Of a stretch of 64,000 nucleotides of DNA, positions 1 through 10,989 are shown one piece after another. The notes beneath the pieces were generated by a model. The model ran no database searches, was not told where the DNA came from, and saw only the letters and a list, made by a program, of their open reading frames with translations. Made by a program: the position numbers and the translations under genes. Positions within the stretch are counted from its first letter, which is position 1. Each line of letters starts with the position of its first letter. The stretch covers positions 2,752,001 through 2,816,000 of the forward strand of contig CM000207.1 of NCBI GenBank assembly GCA_000002445.1, written 5' to 3'. The DNA is from Trypanosoma brucei (taxonomy: Eukaryota).

Positions 1-1618
1 GCACTGGCACGCTTTCGGGTTGGGTCTTCAAGACACTATGGATGGATGTTGCGAAAGATCAACCCGAGTGTGCCTCCACAGTGCCGATGGTGCAACCCAC
101 AACATGCAGCGATAGGACCAACAATACAAACAGCCCCACTTGTTGCGACACGCACTCTTCAGAGAACCTCCGAACCGATCAAATGTACGGAATGTGATGC
201 CACATACCAATGCCGCTCGAGTACTGTAACGCACATGGTAAACAAACATGGCTTTGTGCGAGCTGATGCCCTCCGGAGGATCAAATACGGCGATGCAACA
301 CCCGCAGTGGATATCCCCCCGGAGCCCCCTCCAGTGGTGGCGATCGTTCCTCTACCATCGAGCACACGAGTCCCGATGAGACCGCAGGTGCTTCATTGTA
401 CCATCTGTGCCTCCAAATTCGCAGTACCAGGCAGACTATTACACCACCTTAGAACAATACATGGCATAGGCAGCGGTAGTTGCCGCGTGAAAAGGGGGCG
501 AGAGAACGAGGACTCATTGCAAGGAGATGGTAGAGCCCCAGCAGCGCCAGCCTCTCAGGATACACGGAAGCTGTAGTTTCAATGTGACCTGTGTGAGGCG
601 AGCTTCGGTACACGCTCTTCCCGGTCACTACACAAGAAATTCAAACATAAGAGCATAGTGACGGAGGACGGTACCGTGGTGGTGGTGCAATTCCCTCGTA
701 AGCGTGCCCGTGAAGGAAACGTTGACGTCCCGGGGAAAGGCGAGGAGCAGTGTGGTGTGCGCCAGAAAGTGCTCAGTTGCAGGGACTCTCTCATCCGACA
801 CTGTAAGGCTTTCCACTAATGTGAGGAAGTCGAGGTTAAATGCAGCAAAAGCACAAAATTATGTGCCACTGATTCCCCGCATACAAATGCATCCATGTTG
901 GGTGTGACCGACATGCGGAAGGCAGTGTGCTAGCAAAACTGGCCTCACCCTACATCAAAAGAAGATGCACGGTATGAAGATAGAGCGCGCTGTTACCAGC
1001 CAACGCGGCGACTGCGAAGAAACGGCGCTGCACCTGATGAACTGTCCCGATTTGAAGGAGTTACGTGTTAGGTTTGCGGTGGAAGGTGTGTGTGTGTGTG
1101 CAGGATGTATTATTCTCCAAAAGACTGGCGCAGTTTCTCATTGCGGTTGAACGAAGCCGGCCGCATGTGAAGTCCTCCCCTAATGTAACAGTTATACAAC
1201 CCACTTTCCTTTCTGCAACTTTCCCCCTTATTGCCGAGTGTGGAGCTAGCAGGAAAAGCACCGGACGCAGGAATAGTCCAGACACCCTCAGAGACAGAGG
1301 GGGTATGCAATCAACAAGCAACAGAAACAGAAAAAGGGGAAGAGAATAATAAACGAATAACAAAAATCAAAACAAAAGGATTGCTAATTGACATCTTTTG
1401 GAGAGTCTGGGGTGGGAGGTTTCTCGCCCCATCTGCTGTATTCCGTTCAACTGCGGAGCTACAACAAAAGTTATAGAAAGTGTATTAGGCTGAATAAAAA
1501 AGGGAGACTCTGCCACAGTCGCCAGACCGATAGCATCTCAGGGCTCTACGGTGATGGCTGATGGCCGCGCCAGTGGGGGGAAACTCCCACGAAGGCACGA
1601 AGAAAATTCCAAAAAATA
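1..1618 (+). mobile_element. ingi non-LTR retrotransposon, 3' ~1.6 kb (5' part lies outside the window)
   Basis: 1-1618 is colinear and near-identical by eye with 54063-55677, the 3' end of the full ingi in this window. It ends in an A-rich tail at ~1600-1640 and carries the C2H2 zinc-finger ORF. Confidence 0.85.
46..816 (+). pseudogene. ingi ORF C-terminal C2H2 zinc-finger domain, disrupted
   Basis: ORF 46-576 has the motifs CTECDATYQCRSSTVTHMVNKHGF and HCTICASKFAVPGRLLHHLRTIHG. The paralogue 54109-54882 reads through to KAFH, but here a TAG at 575-577 interrupts and the remainder continues in other frames. Confidence 0.8.
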
Positions 1619-1689
1619 TAATATGTTAAATTTTTCAAAATAGCACATTCTTGAAAATTTTCAAAAATTTTATTATGGCATTAAACTCA

Positions 1690-1760
1690 AAAAAGCGTCA
1701 GCCATCAGAGCAATTCGCGTTTTGACGAGGATACTGGAATCACGGAATTTTGTTTTAACT
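1690..1760 (-). pseudogene. VSG 3'-end remnant, about 60 bp of the GPI-signal region
   Basis: cagccatcagagcaa...ttgacgag..actggaatc matches the minus-strand VSG C-terminal block seen at 27860-27915 (CKDSSFLVKKKFALMAAF). Similarity stops after ~60 bp. Confidence 0.5.
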
Positions 1761-2099
1761 CTCTCCTGTCCATCAATGAAATCAATCCATCCGGAGACAG
1801 ATTTCTTTTCTCTTTCAGTTTCCCTGGAGCATTGACACATTTCTCCGGGTTATTATACACGCCACAATTGTGTCTCCTGGTGCTACAGCTTCATCTGTTC
1901 CTTGGTTTGTCGTCCTTTTCTCTCTCTTTGGGTTTGCACCAAGCTGCTGTACAGGTTGCGTTTGTTGTGTGCTGCTTGCTGTCTGCACGCATCGCTGAAG
2001 GTTGCTGCCTATTTGGCGATATGTGCTGATGCTGAATATCGTTCTCCTGCTCCTACTTGCCTCGCCTTAAAAGCACAGGGACGACTGAAGTGAAACTAC

Positions 2100-2880
2100 G
2101 ACGGGGTACCGTAAAAAAACAGCCGCTATATCACTAGAAGAAAAACATGGATCATTAAAAAAATATTGGGTCGATGTGGGGATGAAAAAGAAGGTGGAAA
2201 AAATTTAAGGAAAGATGTATGCTGGATGAAAAACGGTTAGGGTTTGCAGAAAAAAGAGACGCTTAATAATTAAACAAAATTAAAAAATATATTTAAAAAA
2301 ACTAAAAATCAAAAAAATCAAAAAAATGAAAATTTAGAAAAAATTAAAGAGGCAAATTTTTTTAAAACGCTTCTGAAGTACAAAAAATAAAAGCCGCCGC
2401 ACGGCTTGTGAGAATAAGGGTTAAGGTCCCATAACAAAATAGCCGCTGGACGGCTGAAAAAATAAAAACAAAAGCTAAACCCCAAAACGACTCAGAAAAT
2501 TAAAAAATTAGCGTGGAGGAAAATTAACCCTAACCCGAAACACCTCGGCATAAAAAGGAAGGGAGGTCCAAAAAAAACGATATCGGATGGAAAAGGAAAG
2601 TAAAAAATATCAAAGGTCAAAAAAATTTTTAAATTAAAATTCAAAAATTCACGAAATTAAAAAAATGCTGAAAAAAAATTTAAGCATAAAAAAATCAAAA
2701 TTACAATTAAAAAGTTGTTAAAATAGAAAAATTCAAAAAATCTAAAGGTCTAAAAATCTAAAAACTTTGAAAAAACCCTAAAAAATACTAACCCTAAAAT
2801 GTCAAAAAAATTCAAAAAAGGGAGAAAAAATGGAAAAAAATATAGGCGCCAGAAAAAAATCACAGAATCAGAATATTTTA
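2100..2880. repeat. A-rich low-complexity tract with scattered degenerate telomeric hexamers
   Basis: ttaaccctaacccg at ~2524, accctaa at ~2776 and aaccctaa at ~2790 read CCCTAA on the plus strand. One ggttagggtt at ~2237 is in the opposite orientation. The tract lies directly 3' of the VSG 3' UTR at 2881-2961. Confidence 0.6.
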
Positions 2881-2961
2881 CAAAAACACACTATTTTCAG
2901 GTAAATTACCTGTTAAAATATATCAAATAGCAAAAATTTCTTTTAAAAGGGGAAATTTGTT

Positions 2962-4568
2962 TTAGAAAAACAAGGCCACAAAAGCAAAAACACTGAGAGC
3001 GAATTGTTTGTTTACCAAAAAGCTTCCATTTCGGCACATTTCTTTTTCTAGATCAGGCTCATTATCTTTACCCTTCCTCCATGCGCAATTTTGCTTGTCG
3101 CCTGTTTTGCCATTTTTACAAGCGGCTTTATCACTTCCGTGTCGTGCACACCCATTTGAAGCTGCTCCTCCTGTAGCTCCATCTTTTTATGCTTTAGCTG
3201 CTTGTTGTTCTACTGCTGCCGTATTCAATTTGCAGTGTTTTCCATCTTTCGCGTCACCGCCCTCCCATTTGCATTTTCCATTGTTTTTGGAGTCAGCTGC
3301 TACCGTTATGGCTTCGCACTCTTTGGTCAGGTCGTCCGTCTCACGTGGCGCGGTTTGTTCTGCTTTTGTAGCATGGTTTTTGACCTACGTGTCCCATATT
3401 ATGTCCTTTAGCGTCTCATTTAGGTTGTCAATTTGCTGATTTATATCCTTGATGCTTTGCGCTGCAGCTATAATGTGTTCCTGCTGCGTTAGCGCTTCTT
3501 CGAGACTTACTAACCAGGGTACCGTTATTTTTTCGCCAGAAAAATGTTCGCCTTTATAGTGAACGCATTTGCCGCCGTTGGTGTCCGTTTTACCTAGGCA
3601 ACCGTCGGCAGCCGTGCCCGCTGTTATGCCTAATAAATGCATTGTGGCCTCGTTGGTATCGCTTTTTTTTTGCTAGGCTGAGTTTTGAAGTTTGCCACCG
3701 CTGCGTGCAGCGCTGCGGCTGTTAGGCTCTGTCCCTTTGGCAATTTTTGGCATTCTTTTTTGAAGACTGCCCATATCTTTTTGTCTTCCTTGGCGGCTGG
3801 CCAGTCGACGGTTGCCAGGTTGTGTCCGTCTTCTGTGGCCCCACACCCCGGGAAGCACGCTTGGCCAGCGTCGTTGTCAGCGGCTTTAAAAGCGCACAAG
3901 CAATGCAGGTCCCATCTGAGACTCCGGCCGGCCAGAGAAGTGCCTAGGCTGGCGTGGTTGCCGCATCTGTCCGCCAGGCCCGCGCCCCCTGACGCTGTCG
4001 TCTCCATTGTTTCCGTTTGGTCTTTGCCGTAAAGCGCATCTTGCTTTGCTTTTTTTACTGCTGCCGGGGTTAGCTTGTCTTTCTCCAATTTATATTTCTT
4101 GTAAAGCTTGAAAGCCTGCCGAGCCATTGATTCTAGCCGCTTTTTGGCTCTGCTGGTTAGCTTGGCTTGTCGCCACTTTTCGTATTCTGCCTTAGTTTTT
4201 TGTTCCACAAGTTTTTTTAGCCCTAGTTGCCAAAAGTCCCCGTGTTCTTTCCATTTTTCTAACTCGGCGCCGCCTTTTGGCGCTACATCTTTAACTTTGA
4301 GTTGCTCAATCGCATAACATGCCTCCAAAACGTTAGTGAAGACTGCGGAGCTACTTGTTAGATTTATTGCTGCTACCACGGCAACTGCGGCTCCTGGGTT
4401 CTGATCTCATGGTGGTACAATGGTCTTCGTCAGCGCCAAATTTACTAAGTCACAAAGAGCGCCGAACTCCTGTCTTAGTGTGCCTTTTCCTGTGTCAGCA
4501 GCGCTTGGCTGCATATAAAAAAGAACCATTAGTACAGAAACGGCTGCAAGTCGCTGTTTCAGTGTCAT
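2962..4568 (-). pseudogene. VSG pseudogene with several frameshifts and stops
   Basis: Signal peptide and N-terminus MTLKQRLAAVSVLMVLFYMQPSAADTGKGTLRQEFGALCDLV are at 4407-4598(-). Central ORF pieces are 3630-4379 and 3385-3642. The C-terminus CRNGSFLVNKQFALSVFAFVALFF ends at a stop at 2962. The 3' UTR at ~2912-2927 carries the 16-mer TGATATATTTTAACAG. Confidence 0.8.
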
Positions 4569-4975
4569 TTTCTGGCTGATCTGTTCCTTTAACGCCAAAA
4601 AAAAATGCTGATGTATTTTCCGACTGCTGCGCTTTTTTAGGTGTGGATTTTACAGAAGTAAATAAAAAAGAATGTCACAGACCTGCTTCTTTCAAGGATT
4701 GAGGTAAAATACTATTCAGTTAAGACAAAAGTTTCATATTTTAGAATGCTAGGCTACATTGCTCAATATCTGAATCTAAAAAATATAAAAATTTATGGTT
4801 TCCACTTCACGCTTGCAGTTGCTAATCTGGAACCGTAGTTTTGGTTTGGAATGATAAGGTAGTGCAGTTTTCACTCGTTCGCACGCTATTTCGTTTGTCT
4901 TTTTTAGAGGGTGGTGAGAAATTGTACCATTGTAATTTAGTAGTCGGAAATATCGTCACTGCAACCGCTTTTGTG

Positions 4976-5278
4976 CTAACTCGTCCGCTGAGCCCTGGCC
5001 TGGTTAGTACTGTGGGCGTTTTCTCTCTGTTGTCTTCGCAAATTGGCCCGCCATACTGCCGGACTCATTGATGTATTAAGTTTCTGAATTTCCATGTGAT
5101 CGCTAGCTGCTTTTGTGGTGTCGTCTGTTGCCTTTGGTAGTCTATTCGGCAGCTGTATTAAGTCACACAGCTCCCGGTAAAGATATGCGTGTTCACCTTC
5201 TGCTACCGCTGCTTCGAGCCTGTGCAGCATAGTTAGAATTGATAGGCATGAGACTAGGAAACGGCTTGTTGCTAGCAT
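4976..5278 (-). pseudogene. Orphan VSG N-terminal fragment (signal peptide plus start of N-domain)
   Basis: MLATSRFLVSCLSILTMLHRLEAAVAEGEHAYLYRELCDLIQL... is a typical VSG N-terminus. No downstream VSG body follows it. Confidence 0.55.
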
Positions 5279-5597
5279 TTCTGAACCTCTTTACTTTAAG
5301 TGGCTACGTTTCGCTCCTGAATAGAACGATATTGTGTGATGCATCTATTGGCTCATTGCAATTGCTGTGTCCGCGGCAGCACATACATTTAGTGTACTTG
5401 GTAGCGAGCCACCCTTGGGTCTGTACTATAGGGTTCTTCAAAAACTCACAATTATAGAGCCTTAACAAAATCCCCTCCTTTAATCGCATCACAACAAATA
5501 CTTCCACATTTAACCACCCATTCCTTTCCATCTATTGAATACATTTTAATTTTCACCAAATTTCTCGTATTAAATTTCTTCCTTTTAACTATTTACA

Positions 5598-6279
5598 TTA
5601 TGTAAGGGTTTTCACAATTAATTTCGCTTTCTCTTTCCATGCAATTGGCTGTACAGGAAAATGGATGAATGGAACCTTTCCAACTTCACTATTAGTCAGA
5701 ATCAAAAAGTATCTCTCCTCATAATCTAATCCAATCATTCCTCTCTTCAAAACAAATCTCTCTCCAACAGCTTCTTCCTGAATGGCACTCCATATTAGCA
5801 GAGGCTTTGAAATACTTTGATCCGACCACCACTCCTCATTTTTTTTACAATAACTCTTGAAATGCATATTCAAACATTTTAACTGCCCATACTCTTGCTA
5901 TTAAAGGTCAACCACTAATATAAGGTTTTCTACTAGGAGGAGATTTCAGTAAATGAGGTAATTTATTATCCTCCCCTTTTCTGTAACCGACATGAAAAAA
6001 CCAAAAACATCTCTGCACATGCTCCTTGTGATCTGAATTCATAACCAAATCCAACTGAGGCGCATAACACTCTGATGTTGTCATGAATATAATAGGGGAA
6101 ATATGCTTCTCTTTTACTATATCTTCTCCACTAAACTTCTCTTCATTTTCAGCAGTATTTTGTATAAAATATTCCACACCATTCTCATACTTATTTCCAT
6201 CACTAACTATAACATCAGATCCGTCTAAATGGATTACAATATCCTCATCACTTGCATTATGTTTTTTCAAAAATTCCAT
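5598..6279 (-). pseudogene. Unrecognised conserved ORF, copy A; two frames of ~123 aa and 91 aa joined by a frameshift
   Basis: ORFs 5908-6279(-) MEFLKKHNASDEDIVIHLDGSDV... and 5598-5873(-) ...VGERFVLKRGMIGLDYEERYFLILTNSEVGK.... A paralogous degenerate copy is at 22775-23300, and the flanking DNA at 6280-6450 matches 23300-23450. Confidence 0.5.
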
Positions 6280-7354
6280 AACTCATCTAGGTCTCTTAAC
6301 ATGGCTATACAGACCTCCTATCGTAATTACAATAATTTCAACATTTCTTAATTAGCCACTCAATATGAGTCAACACCATCCTTGAGTTCCATGAGTTTGA
6401 ACGACAACGACAAACACTCTTACTTTGCTAGAATTATTTTGTGTTATATTTGTTGTTGTGTTTTATTGAAAATCTATTTCGCTTAAACAAAGTGAATGTT
6501 ATAACAACAATAGATCCCATAAGATAATAAACTTCATCTCCGTAACTCACCTACAAATTTGATTGTTTTATAAACAAAGCTTAGAAACATTAAGGAAACA
6601 AGTCAAATGCGCCACTAAGGTCTTTAGTTAAGGAAAAGATTTCATATAGATAATGCCTTGATGTTTATATATTGGAACTGTGAAGTGTGTATACTTAGTG
6701 TAAATAGCTTATCTTTGGGCACACAAATCTGATACTTTCTTAATAAAATAACTTTTGCTATACCTATAATCACACACTAACTGTATTTCACTGTAGTTTG
6801 CATTTACATATTTTGCGTATGCATTTTTATTACAATTGCAGTAGCGATTCGTATTGTTTCTCTCAAATATACTACGAAGTTTGCTACCCTTACGTGATAA
6901 ATACTATAACCACACTGTTTTATTATGAGAATTCAATTAGTATGGCTTCATAAATTAACAATTCTGTTGTTTATACCTCTATCCCTGAAATAGCATGTAT
7001 TTGCGATTTTCAAACATAGGGATAAATTTCATTAAGTATTATTTTCTTTCTTAGCATATTACAGCGCACCCTATTGTTTCACTCTATATTTATGTTTTTT
7101 TATCTTTTTCTTTTCTGTCTCTATTGATACTGATAACGTAGCTATCAAATTTGGTTTGCATTCTCTACCCTGTTTCTACCTAATTTTCACCTCCATCATC
7201 TCCCTGTGTATAATGTTTCCCTTTGTCATGTTTGTGCCTAAAACTACGCATATTCTATGTCATTCTCTCTCCCCTTGCCTCTCATTCACTCTCGTTGGAC
7301 ACTTAATATTGTTTTAAAAGATTCTAATTTGGCATTATATTTAGTCTTCACCGA

Positions 7355-7440
7355 ATTATTATTACAATATTAGTATATAGACATTCAAAATGCCCTCCTA
7401 TAATTATCACTCTAAAATTATAATTGCTACTAATGTTACT
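7355..7440. repeat. Degenerate 70-bp-type repeat
   Basis: attattattacaatattagtatatagacattc... resembles a 70-bp repeat unit on the minus strand. Confidence 0.4.
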
Positions 7441-7731
7441 ATTTGACCACTAAAATTGTTCCTCTTTTTAATAATGTAAACAAAACAAAGAACGTAAACA
7501 AGAAAGTAAAAATTTCTTACCATAGGAACTGCACTAATTTACACTCATAGTTCACCATCTTGCATATTTGAATAACATTTTCATAATTTTCACATTCTAA
7601 AAAAAATACTAATTTTAACATTTTGCAGAGATTTGCATATTGTCATCAAAAAACAATAAAATATATCAATTATCTCATATTTTGGAAATTTTATTGGATT
7701 TCATAAAATGTAAGGAAAGAACCTTAACATT

Positions 7732-9174
7732 CTAAAATTCTACAAAACCCACAAAAGAAGAAACAATCAGGGCGATTTTTTTGTTTACTAGAATGGAGGA
7801 ATCTTTGCATTCTGTTCCTTCCCATTTGCAACCATCTTTGCACACGGCTTCACTTTTATTATCTTTGCATTTTTCTGTTGTTGTTTCAGGTCCTCCAGTT
7901 TGTGCTTGTGTTACAGAAACACTCTTCTTTTTTGCTTTTTCTGTATCTAATTTGCACTTTTTATTTTCATCAGTTTCTGTTTTGTTAAAACTGCATGCAG
8001 CTGTTGCATTGCAGTCTGCTTCGATTTTAATTTCGTTGCAGCCGCCTTCTGTTGTGATTGGGTTACATTCTGTTGGTGGTGGTGGTGGAGTTATTTCCTG
8101 TGTTAGTTGCGCTCTTTTTGTGGTCTCAGTGCTTTTTCCTGATGCCGTAACTGCGTCCCCTCTAAGCTTTTTGATTGCCTTGTGAGCTGCTTTCAGCGTC
8201 GGTACGGATATTTCTACAGTTTGTTCCGTGTCGCCAAGTCCGAGTTTGGCTTCCGTTGTAGTTATAGCTTTAAAAGTCGGGTTGGGGTCGGCGCTTCCGA
8301 GTGTTGTTAATTGACCGAGTGCCGCCGTCGCTGCGTCTAAGCTTGCGGTACATGTTGGCTTTAGAGCCTTGACTTTGGTTATCGGGTTATTTGTTTCGAG
8401 TGGATGGCCGGTGGACCAGCTAGTCGCCGCTGGTACTGAACCTGTCAGTTTTAGCAAGCCGGCCATAAGATAGATCGTTGGTGCGGTGCCCCCCCCGGCG
8501 CCCATTACTCCGTTTGTGCCGTCAGTTGCTGAGAGTCGGCAGCTTTTGGTGGCGTCGACGCCTTTGCTGCCATCGCCTCCTGTGCCGAAGTTTGTTAGAG
8601 CGTGCTGGGCGCCGGTTAAGGTTGCGACCGCCTCCTTCTTGAAGGTTCGTCTCACGGCGTCTCTGTCCTTGCAGTCGGGGATATCGTTGATGGCTGCTCT
8701 GCCGCCTGCTCCGTCGTTGCTCATGCAATAGTTCGAGCCGCCGTTGTTCGCGGCAAAAAACAGGTGCGTGGTTTCTAGTATCGCACCGGCAACAAAGGCT
8801 CCTTCATTTCCGGCGTCTATCGCTGCTGCCAAGTGTGTTCGCACAGCTGCCTTTGCTTCGTCTACTGTGGTCCTAGTATGCATCAGAAGGTTTATATTGT
8901 CGTCGTTCCTCGCCAGTGTCCCTGATTTCATTAACTTTTTTATGTCGTGGAGTATCGTTTCAACTTCAAAAAGGTGGCTTGTTAGTGTTTTGGTTATTGT
9001 TTCGGCGTAACTACCGTATTTCATCAGCTCGTTGGCAATCTTGCAGCTGTCATCAAATCCCTTGGCTTTTAAGGCTTCTTGTGTGCCCATGGTTGGTGCT
9101 GACGTCGAAATTAGACTCAGGATTGCCAGCAACATCTGGTACAGGACAGGTCTACGTTTGGATGTTTGAGTCAT
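7732..9174 (-). CDS. VSG: Variant surface glycoprotein, apparently intact at 480 aa
   Basis: A single ORF from ATG runs through the hydrophobic signal peptide (LLAILSLISTSAPTMG) and an Ala/Thr/Gly-rich N-domain to the Cys-rich C-domain ending CKWEGTECKDSSILVNKKIALIVSSFVGFVEF. A 70-bp repeat lies ~1.5 kb upstream. Confidence 0.85.
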   Translation of the reverse strand: MTQTSKRRPVLYQMLLAILSLISTSAPTMGTQEALKAKGFDDSCKIANELMKYGSYAETITKTLTSHLFEVETILHDIKKLMKSGTLARNDDNINLLMHTRTTVDEAKAAVRTHLAAAIDAGNEGAFVAGAILETTHLFFAANNGGSNYCMSNDGAGGRAAINDIPDCKDRDAVRRTFKKEAVATLTGAQHALTNFGTGGDGSKGVDATKSCRLSATDGTNGVMGAGGGTAPTIYLMAGLLKLTGSVPAATSWSTGHPLETNNPITKVKALKPTCTASLDAATAALGQLTTLGSADPNPTFKAITTTEAKLGLGDTEQTVEISVPTLKAAHKAIKKLRGDAVTASGKSTETTKRAQLTQEITPPPPPTECNPITTEGGCNEIKIEADCNATAACSFNKTETDENKKCKLDTEKAKKKSVSVTQAQTGGPETTTEKCKDNKSEAVCKDGCKWEGTECKDSSILVNKKIALIVSSFVGFVEF

Positions 9175-10711
9175 TTGAAGTGACTGTTAGAGATCGAACG
9201 TGCGGTGTCGTCCTTTACAAAGTGCTGTGCTGTTCCTATCAATTGTGTGAACATGGAAACTAAAAAGGGTTGGTTTTGTTTTGCCAAGAGTTTCTTTGGC
9301 AGTTCATATTCAACACGGTTATAGCTTTTTTCGGGTTGTGACAGTGTAACTCCTATACAGATAGTCTTTGTGGTTTGTTTTAGCTTGGAACCGCTGTCTT
9401 GCGAGCTCTGAAGATTGTTAATATTGGGAGTTAAAAGGAACAGAGGAAACTTCGGCTTCTTTTGTACCGCAGGTCATGTTGGAGGCTATCGTCTCTGTCA
9501 CTCCGTGTTCTAAGGCAGCTTCTAGCATTTGGTGATGGTGCCTTTAGCCTTTCTTGAATGTTTTTGGAGGAGCTTTTTATTGTGACAATGGGTCTGGTTA
9601 AGGCGGTTAGTTCTCCGTGGCTGCTGTCCGGCTCATATGGATATAAGGGCTTTCTGTGCTTTTTAAAAACTTTACACTGCTATTACAGTGTGGCATTTTC
9701 TAGGAGAATATCCTTATAATTGATTTATACGCGGTAGCATTTTCTTCTCAACCACAAACAGGTCTTTTACGTCCTTTCGAAAGTATGTGCCTATTCCACC
9801 TACTGTGCTCACTATCATTATCCTGCTGCAAGTATTCCGATTTGCTCCGACTTGGTTGAAGTTCCTGAGAAGATTTAGAAAACCACGTTATCTTACCACC
9901 ACTTTTTCTCATTTCTGCTAAACTATGCCGTCCTATCTCAAAGTCTATTCTGGCTATCTACCTTTGCCAATCCAGATATTCATTTTTTAAAATTCAGCAG
10001 ACATTTCTATACATGAAAATTCTGTGCTTATGATCTGTTATTGGTTCTATTAGGTAGAAAACCGTAGTTTCAGGTTGGTAAAGTAACAAGGTAGCAGTAA
10101 TGTGTGCTCCGCGAGTGATTTATTGTAGTCTTTCCTTTATATTTTGTAACAATTTGTATAGAAATTTCCTTATACTGTACAATATGGTTCCGAAAATGCT
10201 ATCGCCGTTGCAGACGTTTAAAAAATACTCAGCGTAAGCTGCGTCTTAGAGACCACTCTACTGTTAACTACTCGCTCCTTTAAGAAGTTTTAGTGTCTGC
10301 GTACTTTATAAATAAGGAAACTGTAGAGTATCAACATTATTCCTCTTCACTTTATAGAGATCCTCCATTTAAACATATGCACCTCTTGTTCTGTTCACGC
10401 TGTTTTTCACTTCCTTTATAGCCAATAGAGTCCATTTTCTGTACAGCTCCGAGCAAAAAATCAGCTAAATTAGTTACTGTTTGTTCAATGTCTCCCTCCA
10501 TGATCGCTGTCTCTATATTTTTTCATATGAAAATTCCTTTGTTGTTTTCTCATTTTAAAATGCTTATAATCCACCCCCTTGCATATTCTTCTATAATGAT
10601 ATTACAGTTCTCTCATATTCATCATTTCACACTCAATTAACTTCATTTCACCGCTTTCATTGCTGTAAGTGCTTCGTTTTCGCCAATCATTTAGCCTCTA
10701 CCACAACTCTT

Positions 10712-10800
10712 TTTACAATATTCGTATATACACAGTCACAACACTCTCCTCTTATTATTATTACTATTATTACTATTAACCTAAATAATATTATTAAAAT
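10712..10800. repeat. 70-bp repeat, minus-strand orientation, about 1 unit
   Basis: aatattcgtatatacacagtcacaacactctcctcttattattattactattatt is the reverse complement of the T. brucei 70-bp repeat core (...AGGAGAGTGTTGTGAGTGTGTATATACGAATATT...). Confidence 0.8.
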
Positions 10801-10989
10801 TAGGAAAACAAACCAAGTAAAAACAGCTTTTTTCAAATACACTATCACTCTACCACTTGCCACACACATGTCACTATCATACAAATTTTCAAAAAATTTA
10901 ACAATCTAAAACGTTTTGACAAAAAGTGTTAAAATATATTAAACTCTCTTACAATAAAAAAATATCATATAATAAAAAACATTCCTCAA

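Noticed and set aside
1083-1097. (TG)n run inside the ingi
   Set aside because: It is a short dinucleotide run present in both ingi copies (shorter in the second) and has no independent significance.
2100-2880. Possibility that the CCCTAA tracts are a genuine terminal telomere
   Set aside because: Only isolated or degenerate hexamers are embedded in A-rich sequence, with unique DNA (VSG remnant, ingi) continuing beyond. It is an interstitial relic, not a chromosome end.
3008-3439. 143-aa plus-strand ORF
   Set aside because: It is antisense to the VSG C-domain region of the 2962-4568 pseudogene and has no homology signal.
7781-8185. Plus-strand ORFs of 100-200 aa overlapping minus-strand VSGs (for example 7781-8185, 11631-12083, 14603-14947, 34454-35083, 40033-40473)
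   Set aside because: They are antisense to clear VSG coding sequence and are Ala/Cys/Ser/Leu-rich with no domain signal. They are the usual open antisense frames of GC-biased codons in VSG genes.
8522-8728. Arg-rich small ORFs (8522-8728 on minus, 40299-40718 on minus)
   Set aside because: They are alternative frames within VSG coding DNA. Compositionally biased translation of GCN/CGN-rich sequence, not genes.
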